DNA of 64,000 nt from Octopus sinensis (lineage: Eukaryota). The stretch lies in contig NC_043002.1 of NCBI RefSeq assembly GCF_006345805.1, positions 111,600,001 to 111,664,000 of the forward strand. The letters run 5' to 3'. The notes under the pieces were generated by a model. That model did not search any database and was not told the DNA's origin. It saw nothing but the letters and a program-made list of their open reading frames with translations. Positions 38,601 to 50,574 of the stretch are shown piece by piece. A program made the position numbers and the translations under genes. Within the stretch, counting starts at the first letter, position 1; each line of letters begins with the position of its first letter.

Positions 38601-39274
38601 TATACATACATACTTAGTGCAGTGATATATTTTTGTTTAACTTACGCAAAAATGATATATTTACCAAAATAACATAAAAATATCTTTCATTCCGTTTCAA
38701 AATCATATCACAAACGGAATAAAGGTCCAAGGAATTCTTTTTTGAGAATTTGCGAGGGACCCATACATTATAGCGAGAAATGTATCCTATCTTCACTAGG
38801 TGTTCATGAGTCTTACTTATAGAAACTTCCAATTCCTCTGCAAGTTCTCTAGTCGTAATATTTGAGCTTCCTTCGATTTTTTTTCTTCAAAACATCTTCA
38901 TCCAATTCTGAAGGTCTTCCACTGCGACTGTCATCTTCCAAGCTAAACTCTCCAGCTTTAAATTTTGCAAACCTCCTTCGAACAGTTGATTCACCAACAG
39001 CATCATTCACCATAAACTTCACAAGTGTTTTTTGAAGCATTTTCTCCGTTTTTAAAAAAGAAAAGCATTACAACACGAATATGAAATTCTTGGCTATCCA
39101 TTTCAAATATCAATAATGGGTAACCGGAATGAAAGATATAAATCTATTTTTAGACAGAAACAGAGAAGAGATGCACTACTGCTTCAAGTAATGCCAAAAT
39201 TTTAACTGTGTTACGTCTATGAAGCAATGAAAGATTTAGCTTTAAAACTTTCAGAACCTTCCGGGCAACCTAAT
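38595..39274 (-). mobile_element. Mariner transposase 5' fragment; 38710-38938 is duplicated at 40140-40368
   Basis: STVRRRFAKFKAGEFSLEDDSRSGRP, VWVP; tattaggttg TIR end. Confidence 0.85.
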
Positions 39275-40557
39275 ATAAGGCTTTCCTAAGTCACAAGCTA
39301 TTCTGATGATTGAAAAAGAAATTAGGAATATGTATCGTATATGCTGCATGGACTTCAGGGAAATATGTCCTGGAGAGGCAAAGGGATAATTGCTACGCAG
39401 TTATGTTGATCTGTTTTCTGCAGCCACTAAGGATGTGAATTACACTGTGTAACAATTTCTTTTGTCTTTGGTCAATAAACGTTATTTCCTATTTAGTTCT
39501 ATTTAGAAATCAAAGGAAATGACTACTATTCCCTTCAAACTTTGCTTTTGTGATATGAAACTTCTGAAACTGGCCTATTTTCCATTTCATTTTAGACAGA
39601 TTCGGCGCTGAGTTGCTGAAGTAGAAATATCAGTATAGCAAATATTCTGCTCAGTGCTACAGATTTGCTTATCAGATTTGCATGTATTCGTTGAAGTTTG
39701 GTTTTGATTGGTTTGGAATTATGTGACGTCAGTGAGCAGTACCAGTGAACCGACCACTACTGCTACTGCTGCTGCCATAGCTTAACTGCTACAACCCCAA
39801 CCACCACCAAGGTTGCCAAAATTACGACCAACAGTAACAGCCACAGGTTACTACTACTACGACCAACAATCACTACTGTTGCTACCATTGGAACACAAGG
39901 TAACAAAAAAGCTACGTAAGAGACGATATAGACATGCTTAACCACTTGAGCATATTTCTTAGTGACTGACAATATATGCACCTCAGATGATGAGCAGGAG
40001 TAGTAGGGGACCAACATAACCATGTATTGAGAGAGATTCTTGAGGGTTTGAATAAATGTAACAAAAGCAAAGTTTAAAGGAAATATTAACCATACTTTGC
40101 AGGGGTAAGCAAACAGGAAATAACAGCAGCTACCCAAGGACAAACGGAATAAAAGTCCAAGGAATTCTTTTTTGAGAATTTGTGAGGGGCCCATACATTA
40201 TAGCGAGAAATGTATCCTATCTTCACTAGGTGTTCATGAGTCTTACTTATAGAAACTTCCAATTCCTCTGCAAGTTCTCCAGTCGTAATATTTGAGCTTC
40301 CTTCGATTTTTTTCCTTCAAAACATCTTCATCCAATTTTGAAGGTCTTCCACCTGCGACTGTCATCTTTAAAACGCGTGCATGCTTGTATGTGTGTCTGT
40401 GCACGCGTGCGTGTGTAATTGTTTGTAAGGGTGCAGGAGCGCCTGATTGTATGTCTGTGTGTCCTACAACTTGTCATTTATTCTCCAAAACATGTTTATA
40501 AGCTGTCTCAAAGTTTAATGGTTGTGACATTAAACTGTAAAAGAGGCTTAGATTGAT

Positions 40558-40601
<44 letters not shown>

Positions 40602-40658
40602 GTGTCTCTGTGTGTGTGTGTGCGTGTGTGTACATGTGTGTGTGTGTCTGTGTGTATG

Positions 40659-40690
<32 letters not shown>

Positions 40691-40693
40691 CGT

Positions 40694-40729
<36 letters not shown>

Positions 40730-41084
40730 AGGTGTTGGATTAGAAACCAAACCCACACCGGCGTCTCTTTCTTGAACAATTAGTTATCATGGACTATAAC
40801 AAGTAACCTTAGATGTCAAGAACCCTCCTAAGTATCCTAGCTGTCTCTAGTAATACTGTTTTCTGGAGCTGTACTAAACTGGGTTTTATGCCTATCTGTT
40901 CAAATCTTTATCCATCTGTTCAAATCTTTAGTGATAGTTCCTAATGCACCCATAACTATTGGGATACATTTTATCCACACTTTCCACAGTCTCTGTAATT
41001 CAATTGCTATTTTTTCTATACCTCTCATATTGATTTTTTCGTCTTTTGGGACTGTAAGGTCAAATATCTGGCACTGTCTATTCT

Positions 41085-41304
41085 CTTTACTCTTTTACTC
41101 TTTTACTGGTTTCAGTCATTTGACTGCGGCCATGCTGTAACACCGCCTTTAGTCGAGCAACTCGAGCCCGGGACTTATTCTTTTTGTAAGCCCAGTACTT
41201 ATTCTATCGGTCTCTTTTGCCGAACCGCTTAGTGACGGGGACATAAACACACGGTTGTCAAGCAATGCTAGGGGGAACAAACACAGACACACAAACACAC
41301 ACAC

Positions 41305-41363
<59 letters not shown>

Positions 41364-41519
41364 GACGGGATTCTTTCAGTTTCCGTCTACCAAATCCACT
41401 CACAAGGCATTGGTCGGCCCGAGGCTATAGTAGAAGACACTTGCCCAAGGTGCCACGCAGTGGGACTGAACCCGGAACCATGTGGTCGGTAAACAAGCTA
41501 CTTACCACACAGCCACTCC
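41085..41519 (-). mobile_element. SINE family A
   Basis: Nested in the RLE retrotransposon. Confidence 0.88.
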
Positions 41520-42255
41520 TAAATCAGGCCTTCTGACTTCTATTACTCTGTCAGTCTGAACGTTAAAGTCCCACAACATCTTATATTTCTTACTCTCTAG
41601 TAATTTACTAGGTTCATGTTCCTACTATTAATCAGTATGGTCAAATCCTAGCTTTCTACATAACCCTCAGTGGATTACTCTCCCTTGGTTGTCATGCCCT
41701 TTCTTGTATTCTTTCTGTGCTAGCATGTTACATTCACTTACTATGTAACACATTCCTCTTTTCATTTCCATAACATACATTGGGAATCTACTTGGGTTTT
41801 GTCTATCTTCGCTTCTGCTGCTGCTGCTAACAAACTTTCTCCCTTTTCAGCCTTTTTTTCTATAAACAATAACCACTTCTACTATTTGCTGCAACTATTT
41901 TGGGAAATCTATCATGAAAAGCATTCTTATGTTGTTTTCCTGGTTTAAAACTTCGTTTTTTTTGTGTATGTGTATGGGGGGGGGGTCCTTATGTCTTGCT
42001 GTGACTTTAGCAGCTTTCAATAAACTTTCTTCACTCTTACCTACATAGGAGCCTCTATCTACTCTAGCTAACTCCGCGCAGTCTTCTCTCCCGCCTTCCT
42101 TTCTAGGTAAGTATAATCTTGCTCCTCCTACTCTTAGGTGGAGTCATCAATTCATATTGAATTCCTTCCTAGTTCTTCTGGCTAGCTTTACTGATTCAAT
42201 TTTTGTCCAATCCACAAAAGCTACTGAGTATCTAAGCAATGATATTGCCCAAATA

Positions 42256-42640
42256 GTGGAGGCGCAATGGCCCAGTGGTTAGGGCAGCGGACTCGCGGTC
42301 ATAGGATCGCGGTTTCGATTCCCAGACCGGGCGTTGTGAGTGTTTATTGAGCGAAAACACCTAAAGCTCCACGAGGCTCTGGCAGGGGATGGTGGTGATC
42401 CCTGCTGTACTCTTTCACAACAACTTTCTCTCACTCTTACTTCCTGTTTCTGTTGTACCTGTATTTCAAAGGGCCGGCCTTGTCACTCTCTGTGTCACGC
42501 TGAATATCCCCGAGAACTACGTTAAGGGTACACGTGTCTGTGGAGTGCTCAGCCACTTACACGTTAATTTCACGAGCAGGCTGTTCCGTTGATTCGGATC
42601 AACCGGAACCCTCGTCGTCGTAACCGACGGAGTGCTTCCC
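42256..42640 (+). mobile_element. SINE family C
   Basis: Inside the R4/Dong-like element; TSD attgcccaaata. Confidence 0.9.
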
Positions 42641-43494
42641 CCCTCCCCATTGCCCAAATATTTACAGACTTCACTAGATTCGAACCATTTAACTTTGATT
42701 TCATTAGCTTCCTCACCCTTGTGATGTACTCCTTTCCAATTTTCGTTTTCGTTTCTAAAGTTAGTACTGTGTCAGTACTCAAACATTCACTTATACTCAA
42801 AAATTCACTTATCCATGAATATGGGATCATGTCATAGGATTTCTTATAATCTATCCAAGCTATTGTTAGATTTTTCTTTATAGCTTTTACTTCATTTAGA
42901 ACTTCTTTGTCTATATAAATAGGTAATGCGTTCCTCTAGCCTTCTTTCTGCAGCTTTTCTGTTCTAGCAGTAAATTCTGGTTGTCAAGGTGCTAATAAAT
43001 GCTTTCTGAAAGCATTCCTGTTAACAGTTTCCACACTAATGGTACGCAAGTGATTGGTCTATTATCGCTAGCTGTATTACCCTTGCGTTTATCCATCTGG
43101 TCATCCAGTCTGCTATCATTCCTCCATTAAGGCAATCCTGAAGCTGTTCCCTCAGCCTCCCATGTAAACTACTAAATTTCTTTAACCAGTACCCTTGGAC
43201 TAAATCTAGTCCTGGGTCCTTCCAATCCGGCATTTTTTTCTAACACTGTACTCATTAATGCACTGGTTAGTCCTAGATCTGGCTGCTTCTCTCTCACTAC
43301 TTCTTCCATCTCTTTCTTTAACCATACTGCATCTCAATTATGATTGATTGGTCTATTCCAAATATTACTCCAGAACTATCTGGCTTCTTCTGAATTAAGT
43401 TTCTCATCTTCAGCACTTTCTTCTCCACAATTGATTTGGTTATAAAATCTCTGGTCTGTCACAAATAATCTATTGTGTTGATACTGATTTATAT

Positions 43495-43912
43495 AGGCGC
43501 AGGAGTGGCTGTGTGGTAAGTAGCTTGCTAACCAACCACATGGTTCCGGGTTCAGTCCCACTGCGTGGCATCTTGGGTAAGTGTCTTCTGCTATAGCCCC
43601 GGGCCGACCAAAGCCTTGTGAGTGGATTTGGTAGACGGAAACTGAAAGAAGCCTGTCGTATATATATATGTATATATATATAAGTGTGTGTGTATATGTT
43701 TGTGTGTCTGTGTTTGTTCCCCTAGCATTGCTTGACAACCGATGCTGGTGTGTTTACGTCCCCGTCACTTAGCGGTTTGGCAAAAGAGACCGATAGAATA
43801 AGTACTGGGCTTACAAAAAGAATAAGTCCCGGGATCGATTTGCTCGACTAAAGGCGGTGCTCCAGCATGGCCGCAGTCAAATGACTGAAACAAATAAAAA
43901 AGTAAAAAGAGA
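43495..43912 (+). mobile_element. SINE family A
   Basis: Nested in the RLE retrotransposon. Confidence 0.9.
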
Positions 43913-45384
43913 GAGCGTATTCTTTTCTGCTATTTTACGCTGTTTCAACTCTTCTATGACTGTCCCAAATCCTTTTCCATTGACAAAGTATCTTTTCTCA
44001 AGAGAAGATTTAAATCATGTGTTTTCTAACTTGTTCAGTTTTCAGTCTTCTTTTCTACTCAGATCTTGTTTTAAAGTCTTCACTTTGTTTCGTAATCTCC
44101 TTTTCCACATTTGCTCTTTTCTAATCTTTCCTTGTAAAATATCTAATCTTCTTGTAACTACTACCCCTCCTGCATAAATCAATAAGTCAATGTTTCCTAT
44201 ACTTCTAGCATCTATCCTACTGATAACAAAATCTACTTTCCTAGTCATATCCAGCAGCTTCCTTCTCTTGGTTCCATTTAATGTTGGCAATCTTTTTATT
44301 ACTTCTTTATTCATTACTTCCAGCAACTCATCTAAAATCTTCTGATCTTCCTCTCTTAAATCACTTAAATCGCTGGTGCCAGTTGTCCCTTCCTTATTGG
44401 TAGCGCTATTATTATTTTTTTTCCTTTAGGTTCTTCTTGATCTGAGCTATATCTCTTACGTTGTTGTTTGTCTTTCTTTTCCAGTTCTCTTGTGATCTCT
44501 TCCACCTCCAATTCTGTCATCCACTTTCTTCTCCTAATAGCATTAGCTTCATCTGCTAGTCTCTCCGCTCAGTCGCTTTAAACATACCCTTCTCTACCCA
44601 AATCGTTAACATCCGTTAACATTCCTCTTCCTTACTCTCTTATCTGCCGATGCTGTCTTAGGATAACAGCAGTGGTCAATCTGCAGCCTTTTTCTTTTTC
44701 TTTACTACCCACAAGGGGATACACACAGAGGGGACAAACAAGGACAGACAAACGGATTAAGTCGATTATATCGACCCCAGTGCCTAACTGGTACTTATTT
44801 AATCGACCCCGAAAGGATGAAAGGCAAAGTCGACCTCGGCGGAATTTGAACTTAGAACGTAGCAGCAGACGAAATGCCGCAAAGCATTTCGCCCGGCGTG
44901 CTAACGATTCTGCCAGCTCGCCGCCTCTCAATCTGCAGCTTTGCTGAACCACTGCCGAGCGAGAGGCCCTCCCTTAAAGGTCCAACCTCATTTTCATTGT
45001 TACAACCAGAGTTTCTACGCAAACTCCTGTCTTTCATAAACTGAGATAAGGCAACGTTCATCACCATCGTCATCACCATTATAATTTTTCGACATCTGAC
45101 AGTTTCAAATAACATTTTGTTGCATCTCTTGCTGTACATTTGAGCTGATGAAGTATGCGGCTTCGGTTGTTTTTCTCTTTTGGGGAATATGGTATTGCAT
45201 CAGAATGTTTTGTTATGGAGTTTAGTTTGAGTCTTCTGTTGTATTAGTTTTGTATTGTGTGTTGTTTGTGTTGTGCAGGTTGTGTTCTTCTGTTGGGTGT
45301 CGGACTTCTATGGCACATGTCATGCGGTTTGTTCATTTTATTGGACATTTACTGCATGTTTTTGGAGGAGTGCTGCATAGTAGT

Positions 45385-45750
45385 GTGTGGTTAGGGCAGC
45401 GGACTCGCGGTCGTAGGATCGCGGTTTCGATTCCCAGACCGGGCGTTGTGAGTGTTTATTGAGCTAAAACACCTAAAAGCTCCACGAGGCTCCGGCAGGG
45501 GATGGTGGTGATCCCTGCTGTACTCTTTCGCCACAACTTTCTCTCACTCTTACTTCCTGTTTCTGTTGTACCTGTATTTCAAAGGGCCGGCCTTGTCACT
45601 CTCTGTGTCACGCTGAATATCCCCGAGAACTACGTCAAGGGTACACGTGTCTGTGGAGTGCTCAGCCACTTACACGTTAATTTCACGAGCAGGCTGTTCC
45701 GTTGATCGGATCAACCGGAACCCTCATCGTCGTAACCGACGGAGTGCTTC
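45385..45750 (+). mobile_element. SINE family C, 5'-truncated
   Basis: Starts at gtggttagggcagcgg. Confidence 0.88.
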
Positions 45751-46377
45751 CATTATGTACGATGAATATGTACGGTGTATTTTAAGGCTAAATAGTAATA
45801 CTGTTTACGTTTGCGTAACTGAAATTTATCCTTCTTTCTATATTCTGTAACTGCCGCAATATACTTTTCTACCATAGGTACAAGTCCTGAAATTTTGGTG
45901 GGGAGAGGGTCAGTCAATTAGATCGACCGAGGTACGCAACTGGTACTTAATTTATTGACCCCGAAAGGATGAAAGGCAAAGTCGACCTCGGTAAAGTTTG
46001 AACTCAGAACGTAAAGACAGACGAAATACTTATTTCTTTACTACCCACAAGGGACTAAACACAGGGAGGACAAACAAGGACAGACAAACGGATTAGGTCG
46101 ATTATATCGACCCCAGTGCGTAACTGGTACTTATTTAATTGACCCCGAAAAGATGAAAGGCAAAGTCGACCTCGGCGGAATTTGAACTTAGAACGTAGCG
46201 GCATACGAGATACCGCTAGGCATTTCGTCCGGCGTGCTAACGTTTCTGCCAGCTCGCCGCCTTTAACTGTCAGAATATAGAAACATTTGTCACGGCACCA
46301 GCACACAATTTACAGATGCTTACATTTTTTATATATTCCGTGAATTTTCACGGATCTAGCTAGTTATTATTATTATC

Positions 46378-46430
<53 letters not shown>

Positions 46431-46599
46431 CAAAAGGGACATTAGCCATTTGAATGTGGCTAGGGACAGGGCAGGGCGGTGGGGGTGTTACTGTTGCATT
46501 TAGCCCCAGGCGAACATCAACGTCACCAGAAAGGCTTGACACCATCACGGCGTCCTCTATCCTGCAAAGGGAGATCATCCACCGAAGAAGCGGAAGCCA

Positions 46600-46644
46600 C
46601 ATACGGACCCAGGTTTCGAGGTGTTTGCCTCTCGTCAACGTATG
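46600..46644 (-). ncRNA. Minimal type I hammerhead ribozyme motif, copy 1 (U3 core variant)
   Basis: CAUACG UUGACGA GAGG-caaaca-CCUC GAAA C-cugg-G UC^ CGUAUG: 6-bp helix I, 4-bp helix II, self-complementary ACCUGGGU helix III, GUC triplet. Confidence 0.75.
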
Positions 46645-46957
46645 GTAGGCACCGCCCTTCGACGAACGACTCTCTGTGCAGGATATTTATATAAAGATTT
46701 TCACGTAAATACATTTACTGATTTCGAAAATCTGTTCGACAGCAATAATAATTCTCTAAACGAGATATAGACAGTAACTGCTCCATAACAAAAGGGACAT
46801 TAGCCATTTGAATGTGGCTAGGGACAGGGCAGGGCGGTGGGGGTGTTACTGTTGCATTTAGCCCCAGGCGAACATCAACGTCACCAGAAAGGCTTGACAC
46901 CATCACGGCGTCCTCTATCCTGCAAAGGGAGATCATCCACCGAAGAAGCGGAAGCCA

Positions 46958-47002
46958 CATACGGACCCAGGTTTCGAGGTGTTTGCCTCTCGTCAACGTA
47001 TG
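46958..47002 (-). ncRNA. Minimal type I hammerhead ribozyme motif, copy 2
   Basis: Identical to copy 1, exactly 358 bp away. Confidence 0.75.
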
Positions 47003-47179
47003 GTAGGTACCGCCCTTCGACGAACGACTCTCTGTGCAGGATATTTATATAAAGATTTTCACGTAAATACATTTACTGATTTCGAAAATCTGTTCGACAG
47101 CAATAATAATTCTCTAAACGAGATATATATGATTTCGTAATTAGTGCACAAAATGCACTTTTTAATCTTCAGTGCAAGC

Positions 47180-47231
<52 letters not shown>

Positions 47232-47233
<2 letters not shown>

Positions 47234-49525
47234 TTTATTTATTTCATCTAGTTTCAGCTCACGAGCTGTGGCCATGCTGGGGCACCGCCATTTGGTGTTG
47301 CTACATGATTTTACTTTTCGAATGCTTTTTAGCAATTGACATTTGGTGCATGAGAGAGTTTGATGCAGCTGCCCTCATCTGCACCTCCTGCCGCAAAGTT
47401 GGTTCATCTGGGACACCTGACAGGAAGAGGTCCAGCTTTATTTTGAAGACACCTACATCCACTCCATGCAAGTCTCTCAGGTCCTTCGGGGGGATATTGA
47501 AGAGCTGTGGACCTCTGAAGCCTATGCTATTGCAGTATCTTGTCCTATATCTTGATGTCAAATTTGGAGTCCTTGGCACTATGCAGTGGCGCCCAGTTCT
47601 AGTATTTGTGTAACTCTCGATGCTAAAGTTTGGGACAAGACCATCCAGGATCTTCCAGATGTATATTATGACATATTTTTCTCGTCTACGCTCTAAGGAA
47701 TAGAGTCTTAATCTCTTGAGTCTTTCCCAATAGCTTATATGCTGCATAGAGGCTATCTTCTTCATGTAGCTTCGTTGGATTGCCTCAAGTTCTGAGATTA
47801 ATTTGACACTGGTTGGTGACCATAGCTGAGAGCAATAGTCAAAGTGGCTTAGGACAAGTGTCCTCCAGAGGACTATCATGGTTTCCTGGTCTCTTGTTCT
47901 AAAAGCTCTAAGAAACCATCCGGTCAGCCGCCTACTGTTCATTGCCAATTTAGCAACATGCACATGAAAGGTTGCATCATTACTCATGTAAATGCCCAGG
48001 TCTCGCACTGATTGTGCCTCTGGGATTGCAATCCCTCCAAGTCCAGTGTATTTAATGGGTATTGCATTTAGTTTTGCATGCTGATAGCACAAAGCTTGAA
48101 ACTTTTCGGCATTGAACTGCATGCTATTCTTTTCAGCCCACTTGTATATTTCATCCAGATCACATTGCAGGTGCATAGTGTCTTCAGGGTTCTGTATTAC
48201 CTCTGAAACTTTTGTATCATCTGCATAACTTGTGATCGTGGCTCTCTGTGTGGCTGAGGGCATGTCTGAGAGGGCCATTATGAACAGTAGTGGTCCCAAA
48301 ACAGTGCCTTGCGGAACACCGCTCACTATTTGCGTGTCATTGGACACATTAGTAGCTTATGGCTTGCATTACAGGCATGAATTGTTGAAGTTTCATGTCG
48401 ATGTCTGGTGAGGAGAGACATTTAGGCCAGTTTTGTTTGAGGATCTCTTTCTCAATTTGTTTCCAGTTTGCCTTATAGAAGTTCAAGCTGGAAAGATTCT
48501 GAGAGTTTCTTGTAGGCTGCATGTCCATGCTTTCCTTTGGTCCGTACATTGTCAGCTCTACCATATTGTGATCCGAGAGTAGCGTCGGTGTCACTTTCAC
48601 ATTATGGATGAGATCCATATTATTTGTGAAGCAGAGGTCCAGTATGTTACCTGCTCTGGTTGGTTAGAGTACTAGTTGTTCCATGTACAAAGTGTTGATG
48701 AGGTCCAGGAGGGACCTCGCCTGTCCTTGTTCGCATCGTGTCATTCCTGGAAGAGAAAGGCCCTCAAGCCATCTGACATTGGGCAGATTGAAGTCTCCCA
48801 TAATAAGTACACTTATGTGTTGTTCTAATGTGACTAGAACTTCTATTTTTGTAAGGCAGTCTTCAAACTTGCCTACATGACTTGGAGCATCTGGCGGGCG
48901 ATATGTAGCGAGTTGCCTTATATATACAATTAGTGTGTCACATACTGAATTTGAATGTGACAAAAGAACCTGGGGTGTAAGGTCTTCGCGGATGTACATA
49001 GCAACTCCACCATGGCTCCTTTCTTTCCTGTCGGTCCGTAATACAACATACTGTGGTATGTGTATTTCCGCATCTGCTATATCTGGTGTCAGGTGTGTTT
49101 CCGTAAGTGCTATGCATAAGGCTTGATTGCATGTAACAAGGTCTCTCAAGAAAGGGATTTTTGTCCTGTTACTGAGTGTTAGCAGTCCTCTGATGTTCAG
49201 TAGGAGCATCGAGGTGATGTGTGTGCTGTTGCCAGTGGTGCCCACCTTGGGTCTATTTGCTGTGGTGGTCTTGTGTATTGTGGATAGTCCCATCTGTGAG
49301 ATTGATGGAGCCAGGTCAGCTGCTGTACAATCTTTTGTGCCATGCACAAAAAAGATTGTCGTTCAGCAGCTGCCTTTTCAATAACATGCTATTATATACA
49401 TACATACATATATAAATTTGACATGAGTGGTTCTTTCTTATCTTGGGATTCACGGTCAAACAGCCGGGTGGAATTGAGTGAAAAATTACACAGATGTGTA
49501 GAATGATCCGATGGGGATGCTGGCC
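47232..49525 (-). mobile_element. CR1/L2-like LINE, internally deleted and pseudogenised
   Basis: APE endonuclease (NIRGL, ETHL, GGVAMY, YRPP, GDFN) at 48664-49347; RT C-half (GVPQGTVLGP, YADD) at 47301-48347; in-frame stop; linker fused directly to the GVPQG region. Confidence 0.92.
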
Positions 49526-49528
49526 TAT

Positions 49529-49850
49529 GGTTACTGAGATAGTATACTATAATAACACTCTTGTGTTTATGAATGAGAAAGGAAGGAGTGTTGGATGAAT
49601 AAAGGAAGGGGTGATGTCATATTTTTTTCATTGCTTCCATGGTTACCGAGATAATCTACTAAAATAATACCTTTGTGTTTATGAATGAGAAAGGAAGGAG
49701 TGATAGATGAATAGAGAAGGAAGGGATGGTGTCATTTTTTTTTCATAGCTCCTATGGTTACCGAGATAATCTACTATAATAATACTCTTGTATTTATGAA
49801 TGAGAAAAGAAGGGGTGATAGACAAATAAGGAAGGAAGGGGTGATGTCAT
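49529..49850. repeat. Imperfect tandem repeat, about 3 x 113 bp
   Basis: ggttac(t/c)gagata...tttatgaatgagaaa unit. Confidence 0.8.
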
Positions 49851-50252
49851 ACTTGGTAGTGGGGTGATGAAAATTCTATGCTGAAAAAAATAAATCAAAC
49901 AGCGTTTCAACTCTGTGTGAATATATGCGAGTGTATGTAAAATGGGGGTATGTGAATGCGTGTATGTGCGTATGCGTGTGTGCGTGTGCGTATGTGCGTG
50001 TGCGTGTGCACGCGCAATGGAAGTGGGATGGTTCATCTTTGTTCACTTAGTATTTGGGTTTCTTTTTTGATTTGGTTGAATCTTGGTTGTTTTTTGTTGG
50101 TCAGTTATTTTTTAGCGTTTTTTGACAGAAAAAAGTCATTCTAAAATTGTTTTTTTAACGTAAGCGTGCCCAAACAAGTCAAATGCTTACACAGAGCAGG
50201 TTTTACAGCCACATCATCCAAACCGACCGGGTGAAACCGGGCTTAGCTGCTA

Positions 50253-50300
<48 letters not shown>

Positions 50301-50500
50301 TATAGGATAAAATTTTTTCGGGAAAAAAATTTTATCAATGGCCAGCATATCAATAAATGCCTTTAAAGGTAAAATTTATACATAATTTATAAGATAAGGG
50401 CAGAAGAAAAATTCTAATGCCAAATATGCCGAAACAAAAAATTGTCGATAACCATTATAATTTATGCGTCTCGAAACAAACCGATAGAAATCTCTAAAAA

Positions 50501-50573
50501 ATTCGTTATTACCGTATTGGTCCAATTTCGGGGATAATTCATAAGAAATTGGACCAATACGGTAATAACGAAT
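50501..50573. repeat. Perfect 29-bp-arm hairpin adjoining the LTR insertion site
   Basis: attcgttattaccgtattggtccaatttc / gaaattggaccaatacggtaataacgaat. Confidence 0.92.
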
Positions 50574-50574
50574 G

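Larger units (their letters stand above)
40795..44640 (-). mobile_element. Degenerate RLE-type (R4/Dong-like) non-LTR retrotransposon with three nested SINEs
   Basis: WKRRLRNKVK, KDPGLDLVQGYWLK, RVRKLMKSKLNG.NLVKSVNIWA, and C-terminal IPIVMGALG...LQKTVLLETARILRRVL. Confidence 0.8.
46427..47127 (-). mobile_element. Head-to-tail dimer of a 358-bp hammerhead-containing unit (retrozyme / PLE pseudo-LTR-like)
   Basis: 46427-46784 and 46785-47127 differ by one substitution that I could find (46648 c vs 47006 t); (TA)n on the left and a short TA run on the right; one hammerhead per unit. Confidence 0.7.

Noticed and set aside
38710-40368. 229-bp direct repeats 1430 bp apart as possible LTRs
   Set aside because: They are internal mariner coding sequence without TG..CA ends, PBS or TSD; a local duplication
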